A stretch of DNA of 64,000 nucleotides from positions 363,196,001 through 363,260,000 of the forward strand of contig OZ024743.1 of NCBI GenBank assembly GCA_964016885.1. The letters are read 5' to 3'. Of this stretch, positions 52,030 through 64,000 are shown piece after piece (position 1 is the stretch's first letter; each line of letters begins with the position of its first letter). The DNA comes from Eledone cirrhosa. Its lineage: Eukaryota. The notes below the pieces were generated by a model. It was given only the letters and a program-made list of their open reading frames with translations. It did no database searches and was not told where the DNA came from. A program made the translations under genes and the position numbers.

Positions 52030-55000
52030 CAACGAAAGTCACTGAAGTATTTGTACTGGATATTTAAAAAAAAGGGAAGACTTGTTAATACAAGTCGCCC
52101 AATTAATTAAGCGCCGAAACACAAAAGAAGCAGAAATAGCCACCCCGCTCGATATTGGCAGCAAAAGAAAAATGGGATACTTTCGAGACGGTCAGAAGTA
52201 GTACTCAAAGTGGGTGCGAAAGAGCATTGAAAGGTTCTTACGTCCAATATATTGCCAGATCCAAGCAATACGTGGCCATTACAGTGCTCTTCAAAATCGA
52301 AGAGCTGGCTGTCAATCATTCTGTGGTCCTCGTTCTGGAAGACCAATACGTCTTATACCCTTCGTGGATCCTGACCTGTGTGGCACGAGAGGGTAACGAA
52401 ATACTATTAAAAGTCAGGTGCACCCGGAGGGAACACTGAATGGACAACATCCCTGATCTCGGGGGTGTCATGATGCTAAACGTGATAATTGAAGGCAAAA
52501 AACTCCGTTGTCATCTCTGCGGAGAAATCGGACACATAAGAGCTTTTTGCCCTCCACTGAAGACGGGGAACCTCAGAACCCCCTTGCTTCCAACACCAGG
52601 GCCTCAACAGCCACAACAACAAAAATAACAGCGAAGAGCATCAACTGTAGTACCAACAACATCACCATCACCAGCAACAACAAAAACAAGAACACAATCG
52701 ACAGCAACAACAAACTCCAACGGGGTTCCCTAAAAAGAGATCTCCCTGTCCCCTTCTCTCTCCGTCTCCTCTAAACACAAGAACGCACATAGGCACACGA
52801 AAACACAAATAAACTTCCACTAACATCCGAAACGGACACCAGGACTTCCTTGGTGACTGATGCGAAGTGCTGCGAAAAGTCGATAATAGCTCTCGAGATT
52901 CGGGAAGCCCTCGCCAACTGTATGAGGCGCAAATCACCCGGGTTGGATGGTCTGCCCTGAAGCCGCCTACGGCAACTGGCAACAGAACTGGAGTGTTCCC
53001 AGTTATGTGAGTTGGGGCGTAGTGACGTTGATAAGGAAAGACGAGAACACATGGGATACTTTAGATAATATCCGCCCCATACCTCTGCTAAACAGAGTTT
53101 AGGAGTTGGGCCAAGATGTTAGCAACGAGGTCGGCACTTGTCGTCGAGAGCCTGGTAGGAGAGGTGCAGACCAGCCCGACCCCGACCAGCTCCATACACG
53201 ACAACCTCCATCTCATCATAGAGAGAGTAGAGAGTAAACTTGGCTTCTGTGGGGCTCTGATCAATTTGAATTAATCGAAAGTTTTTACTAGGGTCGACTA
53301 CCGATACCTGGACGCTGTCTTCAATGCAGCCGCCTTCGGAACCGTCTTCAGAGGTTGGATCGCTGCAATGCATAGCGACATCTTCTCCGTGGTCAAAGTT
53401 AATGAGCACCTATCGCAACCGCTCCAGATCACGCTCTCGTTCATGGGTACCCTCCCTCCTCCCTTCGGTACGTATTGTCTCTTGAGTCAATACTGTGGAA
53501 GCTGGAGCTATTGCAGGGCATCCCGCTTGAACTAGCACGTGAAGGGCTGCGTCGGCATATGCGGACGACGTCACCGTGATGGTATCGAATACCTCAGAAA
53601 TTGATGTGGTCGGCAACCTAGAGAAATATGAAAGGTTGACGGAAGCAAAAATCAACCTGGAAAATTCGATGCGTTTGCAGCTGGGCACCTGGAAAGGCAT
53701 CTTCAGCAGAGTAATATCTTGTTTGGAGCTATATGAATCATAAAACACGTCTTGGTTTATACAAACCATTACTGCTGAGTGATGAAGTCTCGACACATGT
53801 GATTTCTCTCCCTTAGCTTTGGGTCCGTTGTGTTGCATTGTGGGAATAGTTATCGCTGCAATCACACTTAACGTTCGTCTTAAAGTCGTACTGCGCATGT
53901 CCTACATAGCTACCCACAGAACTGTTGATCGTTACTAGAACCGATATGGTACTCTCACTACGCTTCCTGTGCATGTAGCCAACTGGTAGCAGGATGAGAG
54001 AGTCTGTGGATAACGTCAAAAACTTAGCGGTGCTAGGCCGGTGGGACCGACAGGGACTTAGCTCGAAGGAAGTCGGCTCTGATAATAGACTAATGAATAT
54101 CCGCCTGGCGGTCAGGGTGACCGTGGCTTTTGTGGGCTTTCTCCACGAATAACCTCGTTGGTCTTCACCCTATTGTTTCCGTTTGTTTGTTACATTTTTT
54201 GTTTTTGTTTCCATTTGTTTTGTTTTTACACGCAGAAAACCATATTTTTATCGTCCTGTACCGTCCTTAATGTATTTTTTGTAAACGCTTTTGTGGTTAA
54301 TGGCCACCTTTCGGAACCGTTCCAGATCTCCAGATCGGTCCGTCAAGAAGGCCCTCTTTTCTCCTTTCTGTACGTATTGACTCTCGAGCATTTACTGCGA
54401 AAGCTGGAGCTGTTGCAGAGCATTTCGCTCAAACCTGGACGCGGAAAGGCTGTGTTGGTATATGCGGACGACATCACCGTGATGGTGTCGAACACCTCGG
54501 AAATCGAGGTAGTCGGCACCTTTTTGGAGGAATATGAAAGGTTGACGGAAGCGAAACGTACCCCGGAAAAGTCGGTGTACTTGCAGCTCAGCACCTGGAG
54601 AGGCAAGTCCATGCCCTCCAACAGCGTCGTTGGGCGCTGGACGGACGGGGCGATAAAATTGCTTGGGATTTGATTCGGACCAGGTGGATAAGAATTGGGA
54701 CGAGATTACCATAAAGGTAGCCACTCTCACCCAGAAATCGGCCGAGAGGAAGCTGTCTCTGAAAGGTTGGTGGAGGTGGCGAACGCGTACATCACGTCCG
54801 TCATCTACTACCGCCTAACCGTTCGCGCCTCGCCAGGTTCTTGTGGAGAGGACAGGTTCCGTTGGGGAGGTGGTCCATCTGCTGCCAATACCCTCTACGT
54901 TGAGGGCTGGGCATGCCATGACTAATGATGCACAAACATGCGCTGAGGCTGCGGCATCTCCAGATATTCTACCAAAACGGTGAACGGGTGTGGTCGCCAT

Positions 55001-55473
55001 TTGTCAGACGGGCCTTTCCGCAGCTCGTCTCTTTGAGTGAGTTGCAGTCTTGGGTCAAGAAGAGACTGAGACTGGGTGCCTGGCATCTGGAATGTTGCCA
55101 AGCACTCACGGCTCTCTACCAATGCAGTCAGTGGAACATCCAGTCTTGAGTTCTATAGAAGAACTGACCAGTCTGTTCTGGAGGACTTTCGAGCCGGCCG
55201 GGGACGATGGATAACTTCCAGAAATCCCTCGCTTGTCAGTGCTACCGGAGGGCACTGCCGGTTCGAGATAAACTTTACAGGCACGGAAGTTCTGTCAGAC
55301 GAACCTACCTGAGATGCACGCAGAGCGACGAAACCGTTCTGCACGCCCTCGTCCAGTGTCCGTGAATTGCTGACTTGTGAAGTTATGTTGAACAGCTGTT
55401 ATCGTGTGTGGGACGGATCCGACTATCGGCCGAGTCCATAGTGAAGATCGACCCGCCGCCTTCTTTTGACCAG
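52030..55473 (+). mobile_element. Mosaic of degenerate Tx1 copies (ORF1 knuckle, RT, C-terminus)
   Basis: CHLCGEIGHIRAFC; AYADDVTV and VYADDITV (RT present twice); LRLRHLQIF...FPQLVSLSELQSW. Smaller pieces at 51050-51650. Confidence 0.8.
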
Positions 55474-55862
55474 GATTGGCAGTATCGGTAGAGGGTCGAA
55501 CATGCTTTCCATCATAGCTACGTCCCTTTACGATCTGAGTTCAAATCCCGCCGAGTTTAACTTTGCCTTTCATCCTTACGGGGTCGATAAAATAAAGTAC
55601 CAGTAATGTACTGGGTAATTGCTGGCCTTGTGCCAAAAGTAGAACCAATTATTATTATTCAGAAGGGCGATAGAATGACAGTATCGGTAGAGCGTCGGAC
55701 AACATGCTTTGTGGCATAAAGTTACGGCCCTTTACGCTCAAATCCCACCGAGGTTAGCTTTGCTTTTCATCCTTACGGGGTGGATAAAATAAAGTACCAG
55801 TAACCCACTGAGGTTGACTTAATCGACTTTCCTTTCCCTGAAAATTGTTGGCCTTGTGCCTA
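55474..55862 (+). mobile_element. Two adjacent SINEs, same family
   Basis: Consensus match. Further plus-strand copies at 42174-42262, 49171-49357 and 58643-58832. Confidence 0.85.
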
Positions 55863-57287
55863 AATCATAAACAGTTATAATTCAGAATATAAGAATGTTC
55901 GTCGCCGTTTTCCGGAGTGTGGGAAGCGGTTTCGCTTAAATACTCGTAAGACAAGACGTCACGTGACTGGCGCATAACGAACTGTTAAGGAGGGCACATG
56001 AGACATGCAGGTGTCTACATATGTTTCTTGAGACTCTCATGTGTGCACGTGTGAGGGGGGCTTGCCTTCGTTACACAGGAACAGCATGCATGCACAAGGA
56101 GGCGTGTGTACGCTGGTGGTGCGACGTATGCGCCGACTGAGCGCGTGTGTGAAAGTGATTGTGTGCGTGTGTGTACGTGTGCAATTTTGTGGAGGTGGTG
56201 CATTTTTCTTTCGTCGCTTTTGTTGTTTGTGTTGTTTTATAAGTTGACGATAAAGACGATGACTCTTGGTTGGTGTAGTGGAGTGGTGTTCATGTGTGTG
56301 TGTGTGTTTATGTGTGTCTACATGGGCACCAAGTACATCGTTTGCAAACCGAACACGTGCCTCTCTGTTGCAGTGTATACTGTCATAGTATAACGGTCCC
56401 TACCCTCATCCTCCTTTTCTACCTCCATCACTATATCCAAGATGCTCGCGGCTGACCGCCCAAATTCTACACCCAACTTTCCTACCGTAGCTAACTAAAC
56501 ACTACCAACCACTACCACCGCCACTACCACCACCGCCACTACCATAACCACTACTAATATCACCAGAAGCATTATCACCAACAAAACCACTATGTTCGCC
56601 TCCGCCGCCGTCGCCATTTGCGTAATTTTGTCTCATTTCGACGTAGTTAGTACTCATTAAATAGACAGACATTTCCTTTAGAAATTGAAGACACGCGCAT
56701 AAACCTAGGGAAATGCATATACGTATATACACATTTAAAAGTAAACAGTTGTACACTAACAAAAATGCGCATAAACATACAGATTCACACACACCCTTAC
56801 ATACATCCACACAAATGTATTTACATATAAATGTTCAAGAGTATACTGAAAGGCGAAATTACACATTAACATACACATACGAACACGTTGTAACTATTCA
56901 CATATAAACACAAAAACACACACACATGTATATATGTACATGAACACTCTCACCCCTACAGACATATAAACATACATGCATGACTAAATTATTCGCCTTT
57001 TACGACCTTACCTCCCTTCACTTTTTTCACCTTGGACTTTGTTTCTCTTTCTCCCTCCTGCATATAACACTTTCCCGTCACACTCTCTTAGTCGGTTTCT
57101 CTATCTCTCTCTATTTCCCCCTATCTCTGTCTTCTTAGCAAAGCCAAAACCTCTCGGTGTCTGTCTATCTCTTTTTTTCCCTCGCTTTTCTCTACTTCTT
57201 ATTAACACTCTCTCTAATCAGTTTATGTGTTTTGCATATCTATCTATCTCTGTATATACCTGTCTGCTTTCTCTCTCCCCATCTCTC

Positions 57288-57429
<142 letters not shown>

Positions 57430-57835
57430 GAGAGAGCAGACAGTTATATATATATATATATATATATATGAATAAACATTTATATCTCTGATCGAGACGA
57501 AGCGAGAGTATATTTGAATTCATAGAAAAATGAGAAAACTCATCGCCTTGTACATCGCCTTTCTTTATTTTCTTCCCGTCACTTCTCTGCGTCAACACAC
57601 TTCTCCTTGTCTTCCTCCTCTCTCAATATTTTCTATAGTTCATCTGCCTGTTACCCACATCGTGGATTGCCTCTCTGCTGAGCACTGGCCGCTGGTCGCT
57701 GTCCTCTGAGGTATTTTTACCCAGCGCTGTCATTCATAGTATTTGGCTGATTTAACAGCTGTTCTAGCGATGAGTTTTTTTATTTTCTATGATTTCGTAC
57801 ACACACACACACACACGCACACACACACACACGCA

Positions 57836-57917
<82 letters not shown>

Positions 57918-58858
57918 ATAAGAGGTTAACGGAACTAACATAAGGTTTCCCTGCTAGTACCAGTGACCTCTCAGCGTACTTATTAGGTAAGGTTATGTAA
58001 AGATCCCAGAGTAAACAAAGTCATTTGCCTTGATACAACACACATAAATGGGTACCATAAATTTATACCCATACTCGAGTTTCTGCCACACTTCATGCAG
58101 TAAGAGAGCGTATATCATCAATTGTCTGCATTTAGTATGCAATAATGCACAATCGGCGCATCTGGCTTCATCGGCGGGTCTTGCCTAGTCAATAACCAAT
58201 CGATCGACGGGATTCGATTTCAGTCTGTGTTGGATATGGCAGTAAATGTGATAGGCGACACAGTAGTACAGGGGTAACTAAAATCCTACCACGTCATCAA
58301 AATACCGTCAACCGATTGGCTACGGGTTCAGAAATTTACGTGATGGCCAGGAGTCGAGATTCTATGCTTCGACCCTTCCATAATTCCTCAACCAACATAT
58401 CTCAGTCAAACACAAATTAAAATCGGTTATTAGAGAAAAATCTGTCTTGAATCGCTGTACAATAGAATGGTAGCATTCGGTTCTAGTCTCCAAGTACCAT
58501 AGCAAATGTGGTGCGACAGTAAAACAATGGTAGTATCTAAAATCTTTCCATATACATGCCAACACAAGAGCAAGAATGACGAGTTCATGCTACTGACATG
58601 GCTTGAAAGAGGCTGCTTGCATAATTGCAAACGAATCAAATATGGCGGTGGATTGGCGGTATCGGTAGAGGATCGGACGCCATGCTTTGACGCATAGAGT
58701 TACGGCCCTTGCCATTCTGAGTTCAAATCCCGCGGAGGTTAACTTTGCCTTTCATCCTTACGGGGTCGATAAAATAAAGTATCAGTAATGCACTGGTTAA
58801 TTGCTGGCCGTGTGCCAAAAGTAGAAACAATTATTAATATTCGAAAAACTCTGATTAA

Positions 58859-58917
<59 letters not shown>

Positions 58918-58988
58918 CAAGGTTTAGCAAATAAGAAAAAAAGTTTCAAAATAAATTTCAAAAAATTCACTGTACTTACTATGGCTAC

Positions 58989-59071
58989 CTTTACCGAATC
59001 GGTTTCGAGTCTCAAAAATAAATGGATAGTCCTCGCGGGCCTCCATTGAAAAGATAAACTCTCGTCAGAAG
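58989..59071 (-). ncRNA. Type I hammerhead ribozyme
   Basis: CTT | CTGACGA | GAGTTT...AATGGA...TCCATT...AGACTC | GAA ACCG ATT CGGT A | AAG. Canonical G10.1-C11.1 pair, GUA site, short (3-bp) stem I. Confidence 0.75.
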
Positions 59072-59550
59072 TTTCTTTTCACTCGGAGAATATAAAATTC
59101 CCGAGTTCGAATTACGAACTGGCGCTATTCAAAATTGTTCCCGAGATGAGAATGAATGATGTGGAAGCAATTGTGTCCAGTGCCGTGTGCAAAGATAGAA
59201 GGCAGAGGCAGGGAGGTCAATCTACTACCGCTATAAATAGCAGTAGTCAAAACGACCAAATTTTATCTCGACCAGGGGGAGATTAATAATAATAAAGTAT
59301 ACATCCCTACACGCAAAAAAACGTATAGGGACACATGTATTATCCAATCATATGTCAATGTGGTTATATATATATATATATATATATTTACATATATATA
59401 CAGAAACATATGTTAAGGAACGAATTCTAATTAAATTTTCTTTTTCTCCCTTCACCCATTACTTCTTGTCTGGTCATTCCTTTTTTCCCTGGTACTATAC
59501 CTATTAATATTATATATATATAAATAAATTTGTTTTGAAACCGTGAAGGA

Positions 59551-59596
<46 letters not shown>

Positions 59597-61185
59597 GATA
59601 ACACAATATCGTTATAGGTAATCCAATTAAAGGTTGTGAAAACTTATTATTATTTTTAGCGTACGGCGTTGCTTGACTAAAAACGAGGTTTACGTAGATG
59701 ACGAGTTTATGATTTCACTTGTATTCCTATGTAAGTTTTTATCTTGGAGTAATAAAATTGAAAAAGTGGAGAATAACATGGTCAACAGTACAAAAACTGT
59801 TAAAAAAATATATATGTAACCAGCAAAATTACAAATTCAAATTACATCATTAATAATAATATTAATAATAAAGATATAGAAAGAAAAGGAGGAATACAGG
59901 GAGATAGATACAGTAAAGAAAGAAAGGAAAGGAAGGAGAAAGAAGAAGAAGGAAAAAGAAAAAGAGAAAGAAGAAAAGGAGAAATTATTATAGATAGAAA
60001 TATAAAGAGAGGAAGATATATAGAAGATGATGGCAAATAGAGGAGAGACAAACATAAGTAAAATAACGTAGAATAGAGGGACAAATAGATGAATAAACGT
60101 TAATAATGAATAAATGTAAATAAAAATAAAAATAGATATATAAAAAGTATATGAAAAATAGGGAAAATATGATAATGTTAAATATATTTATGTGTGTATT
60201 GGTTATTTTAATAAATAAATAAATTAATTAGTTTTAAGTTATATTATATGATAAAATAAAATGACAGAGATGAAATAAATTTAGGGCGAGAAATATTAAG
60301 ATAAAGAGTGAAAAATAGAGATATATAAAATAAGAATGTAAATATAAGAGGTTTTGATGTTGTTCTTTGATAGATGATGACAATTATAATTATAATTATA
60401 ATTATAATGATGATGATGTTGATAATGTGATATCATAATAGATCCAAGTGGTACAATCTGGGTTGTGGAATAGATAAGATGGAATTAAGCTGGTCTAAAG
60501 TTCTCAAATTTAGTCGCCGATTTATGTCGACAAAAAATTCTTTTTTCAATTTTACTGTTAAGAAGAATTTTGTTGTAATTTAAAATTTGGAAAAGCTCCA
60601 TATTACAGAGACCACAGTGGGACATACCAATTTGATAGGCCTTTGCTTTTGATAGCTTTGCCCAGCTGATTTTATATTCCATGTCTGCATCTTTGAGTTG
60701 CCAGATTTTATTGGCGAGAGTCGTTGTCTTTGAGAGATTCCTGTTAGTCATAGAGTGTCTGTGTACGTACCACCTTTTCTTAAACTCCCCAGCTGTGGAA
60801 TCAATGTAATGCCATGCTAAGCTACCTGAATTTATAGTACATAGGTATACTATATTTGTCTCTAGGCATCTATTTTGTAAAGGGCATTTGTCAGGTAGAT
60901 GGCAGTTACATTTAGATGCTTTTCTATGCGCCGGTTATTCTATATTGTTTTGTAGGTTGCTATGTATGGGCTGAGAATTGGGTTTGTTGATGTATTGTGG
61001 TGATGTGTTCTGACGTGTGTTTGGTTGTGATGATGTTATATGCTTATGTTTTGTATTAGGTGCTATGGTACTTATTTGTGGGCCACTTGTATTATAAATT
61101 CTTTTATAGTTAATTTTATGTATGTGCGATTCAATGTTGTTGGCAGTGGAGTATATCTTTATTATTAATATTATTATTGAAGATG

Positions 61186-61357
61186 GATTGGTAGAGGGTC
61201 GGACGCCATGCTTTGACGCATAGAGTTACGTCCCTTGCCATTCTGAGTTCAAAGCCCGCCAAGGTTAACTTTTCCTTTCATCCTCATGGGGTCGATGAAA
61301 TAAAGTACCAGTAATGCACTGGGTAATTGCTGGCCTTGTGCCAAAAGTAGAAACAAT
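61186..61357 (+). mobile_element. SINE nested in the PLE inverted pLTR, with a 12-bp target-site duplication
   Basis: TTATTGAAGATG on both sides (61174-61185 and 61358-61369); the mirror pLTR near 59845 has the empty site. Confidence 0.85.
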
Positions 61358-61413
61358 TATTGAAGATGTAATTTGAATTTGTAATTTTGCCGGTTACATA
61401 TATATTTTTTTAA

Positions 61414-61517
61414 CAGTTTCTGACGATCTAATAGTGTTAAGTTCGTATTTAAAATTGAGTGGTTTTAGTGTTCAGCAATTTTTAGACATCTCTATCAGAG
61501 AAACAATTGTTAGACTG
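61414..61517 (+). ncRNA. Type I hammerhead ribozyme in a PLE pLTR
   Basis: CAGTTT | CTGACGA | TCTAATAG...CTATCAGA | GAA AC AATT GT T | AGACTG. Palindromic stem III (ACAATTGT), GUU site. Confidence 0.8.
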
Positions 61518-61569
61518 CAAATAAATCCCCCTTTTTGTACTGTTGACCATGTTATTCTCCACTTTTTCA

Positions 61570-61643
<74 letters not shown>

Positions 61644-61649
61644 GATATA

Positions 61650-63384
61650 TAAGGATGCAATTTACTTCTAGCACTCAACGTCATATTACTTCCTGAAACA
61701 AGGATGGCGGAGTATATTTATAAAGAGGAAAATGCGAAGTTGAAGATGTATAACGTTAAAATATATATTGTTTCTCAAATATTATATGTTATATATAAGT
61801 ACAAAATACTATATATTTCTGTAATGATATATGGCTCTATTGACTTATATTCAACATGCAGAAAGAACACCTGAATATTTCTGCAAAGAACATACCCGTA
61901 CCTAGCAGGAAGACATATTTAAAACTTCTTATACAAAAAACGGATTCGTTCCTTAAAAGGTTGCGTTGGCGCGCCTTTCATTTCGATAACCAGGATAAAG
62001 CGGACAATAAACAGGATAAATTTGGGTTTAAAACTTATAATAACCCTCCGAGTAACCCAGCTTTGTTACCTTTCGAAAACGATGTCTTTGAACTCATACG
62101 GAGTATCAAATTTAGGAACAGGAGCAATTCCTTCCAAGAATAGAATTCGTTCTATTAAGGATTCTAATGTCGTGCACGTCCACTCCGACAAAACTGGTAA
62201 TCTATATCAAGTGGAGCGCAGTACTTACCATCAACTGTTACATAATGCTGTAACCAAGGATTACCGGAAAACTGATCAGAGTGTTATCAATGACATCAAC
62301 GATGCTGGGTTTAAAATCACTTCAGAACTCAACATCCAGGACCGGACCGAACCTCTGGACCCTAAGTATCCCCACGTTACCCTGAAGGGTAAAACCCAAT
62401 TTCGCTAACAACTCTTCTATTCTGCTAATTAACCCTACGAAGTCTGATTTAGGTAGACTTAGTAAAAGAATTTTAGATAGAATTATACCTGAAATTAGAA
62501 ACTTGGCCCCCCTTGCACTATGGAATAATTCTTTCGCGGTGATAGATTGGTTCAATGGCATATGCAACAAGGAACATTGCCGTTTTATCCAATTCGACAT
62601 CAACAACTACTACTCCTTCATCACTTTACCACTTCTTCTTACAGCTATCAATTTCGCTAAAACGCGCACGGTGGTTAAGGATTTCGAAGTTGATGTCATT
62701 TCCAAAGCCTGTAAGTCGGTGATTAATTTCGACGACTCTATTTGGATAAACAAATCTAATAGTACCCCATTCCAAGTGAGTATGGGCGCCAGCGATTCGG
62801 CGGAGGTTACTAATCTTATCGGCCTTTTCCTTCTTTTATCTATCAAGGTAGAATTCTTTAACGTAGGCGGCGGCCTGTACCGCGATGACGGTCTTTTGAC
62901 CATGACAAAGTGCTGTCCACGCGCTTGCGACCGGTTTAGAAAAGAACTTACAGCTTTCTTTAAAGGTTTCAACCTCTCTATACAGGTTGAGGCCAACGTT
63001 TCGGTCGTAAATTACCTCAACGTTACCCTCAATTTATCGAATGGCTTGCACTACCCGTATAGAAAGCCGAATGATTCGCTTAATTACATCAGTATGCATT
63101 CTAACCATCCTGCCAGCATAACCAAGAACCTGGTAAGAAACGTTTCTTTGAGGCTTTCTCGTCTATCTACAAACGAGCATATTTTCACCGACCATTCCAC
63201 ATATTACAATGAAGCTCTTGCTCGGAGTGGATTTGTCGATAAGGTAGCATATACTAAGTATGAGCATAAACCTAGGAAAAATAGATCCCGACGCATTATA
63301 TGGTATAATATGGATGTGGCCACACCATTAGCTAAAATCTTTCTTTCCCTTATTAAGAAGCATTTCCCCTCAGCACATAAATAT
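61650..63384 (+). mobile_element. Penelope-like element (Naiad-type) RT region, degenerate, interrupted by CRE
   Basis: SAKNIPVP..KRLRWRAFHF..FGFKT N-terminus; QFDINNYY, MGASDSAEV, GLYRDDGL, YRKPN...SNHP, RRIIWYN. Begins next to (TA)n. Confidence 0.85.
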
Positions 63385-64000
63385 GTATTTACAATGTGCA
63401 ATTGTGGCACTCACCAATAGGCTTATGCATGGTGCCCTGGATCCTCACATCCGAGGCTTCTTTTTTTCAGCTAGCCTGACCGCTGTCAGGAAGAAAGAGG
63501 GTAGCATACGCCCCATCGCTGTGGACAATGTCTTCCGGAGGCTGGCTGCTAAGGTGGTCTGCAGGTCCATAACACCTGAACTGGATGAGGAGTTCAGTCC
63601 GGTGCATAACACCTGAACTGGGTGTCGGCGTGTCCGGTGGCTGTGAGTGGGTCGCACATGCAACCAGGCAGTTCTTCAATAGCTGCCCACCGGAACCGGT
63701 ATCCAGGGACTCCAGATACGCTTGTCAAGCTTGACATGAGGAATGCCTTTAACTGCATACGCCAGGTCAATCTGCTCGATGCCTGCAACAGCTGAGCCCC
63801 CTACGCCTACCCGCTGGTCTACTTGTCATATCGAGCCCCGAACACGCTCCTTGCTGCTGATACGGTCACCTTTGGCCACTGCGGTTCAACAGGGAAACCC
63901 TTTAGGCCTCCTCCTGTTTGCCCTTGGTATAGACCACAATGCCGGGAGTATCACGGCCCCTCTCAACGTTTGAGACCTGGATGATGCTACGCTGGGCGGG
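63385..64000 (+). mobile_element. CRE-clade RT fragment running off the window end
   Basis: LTAVRKKEGSIRPIAVDNVFRRLAAK, VKLDMRNAFN, VQQGNPLGLLLF, LDDATLGG. Confidence 0.8.

Larger units (their letters stand above)
59593..61573 (-). mobile_element. Penelope-like element 3' part (GIY-YIG endonuclease plus pLTR) with an inverted pLTR copy at 61152-61573, inserted in (TA)n
   Basis: Minus-strand CNC-x5-CPL-x3-CL..NIVY..YID..FKKRW..H..CGLC..CRH at 60485-60930. 59755-59880 is the reverse complement of 61152-61573 after removing the SINE and the ribozyme. (TA)n on both flanks. Confidence 0.85.

Noticed and set aside
58980-59046. HELT exon 1 (MEAREDYPFIFETRNRFGKGSH plus GTAAGT donor)
   Set aside because: All available donors are phase 1 but the next exon needs phase 0, and the sequence is explained by a hammerhead fold.
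59231-59240. CTATAAATAG as a TATA box or MEF2 site for HELT
   Set aside because: A short AT-rich motif expected by chance, and the transcription start is unknown.
59400-59425. GAAACATATGTT half-hammerhead
   Set aside because: No CTGANGA and no mirrored arm; too short to call.
60485-60930. Selenocysteine (UGA) recoding, as reported for some Naiad PLEs
   Set aside because: All conserved Cys positions here are TGT or TGC; there is no in-frame TGA.

Overview
Eukaryotic, AT-rich, microsatellite-dense animal DNA; the repeat families suggest a cephalopod (octopus-like) genome, which is an inference. The only host gene I can support is a minus-strand HELT (Heslike/Megane) bHLH-Orange transcription factor. 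It has three phase-consistent coding exons (47632-47733, 43894-43990, 19564-20258) with GT-AG introns of about 3.6 kb and 23.6 kb; the first coding exon is not securely found. The rest is retroelement-derived: a near-intact Tx1/L1 element in (TATC)n, R4/Dong-type elements in (TAA)n, RTE and CRE fragments, about 18 tRNA-derived SINE copies, a hAT MITE and a 47-bp minisatellite. Penelope-like (Naiad-type) elements sit in (TA)n. The most interesting signal is a set of small (TA)n-embedded fold-back elements carrying type I hammerhead ribozyme motifs. There are seven complete-core hammerheads and several decayed ones, including one palindrome with a hammerhead on each strand. Three palindromes carry only the 3' half of a hammerhead mirrored at stem II, and two to three fold-backs lack the ribozyme specifically from the long arm. 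Three sense-strand hammerheads lie in a single HELT intron. All folds were done by eye, and no activity is demonstrated.
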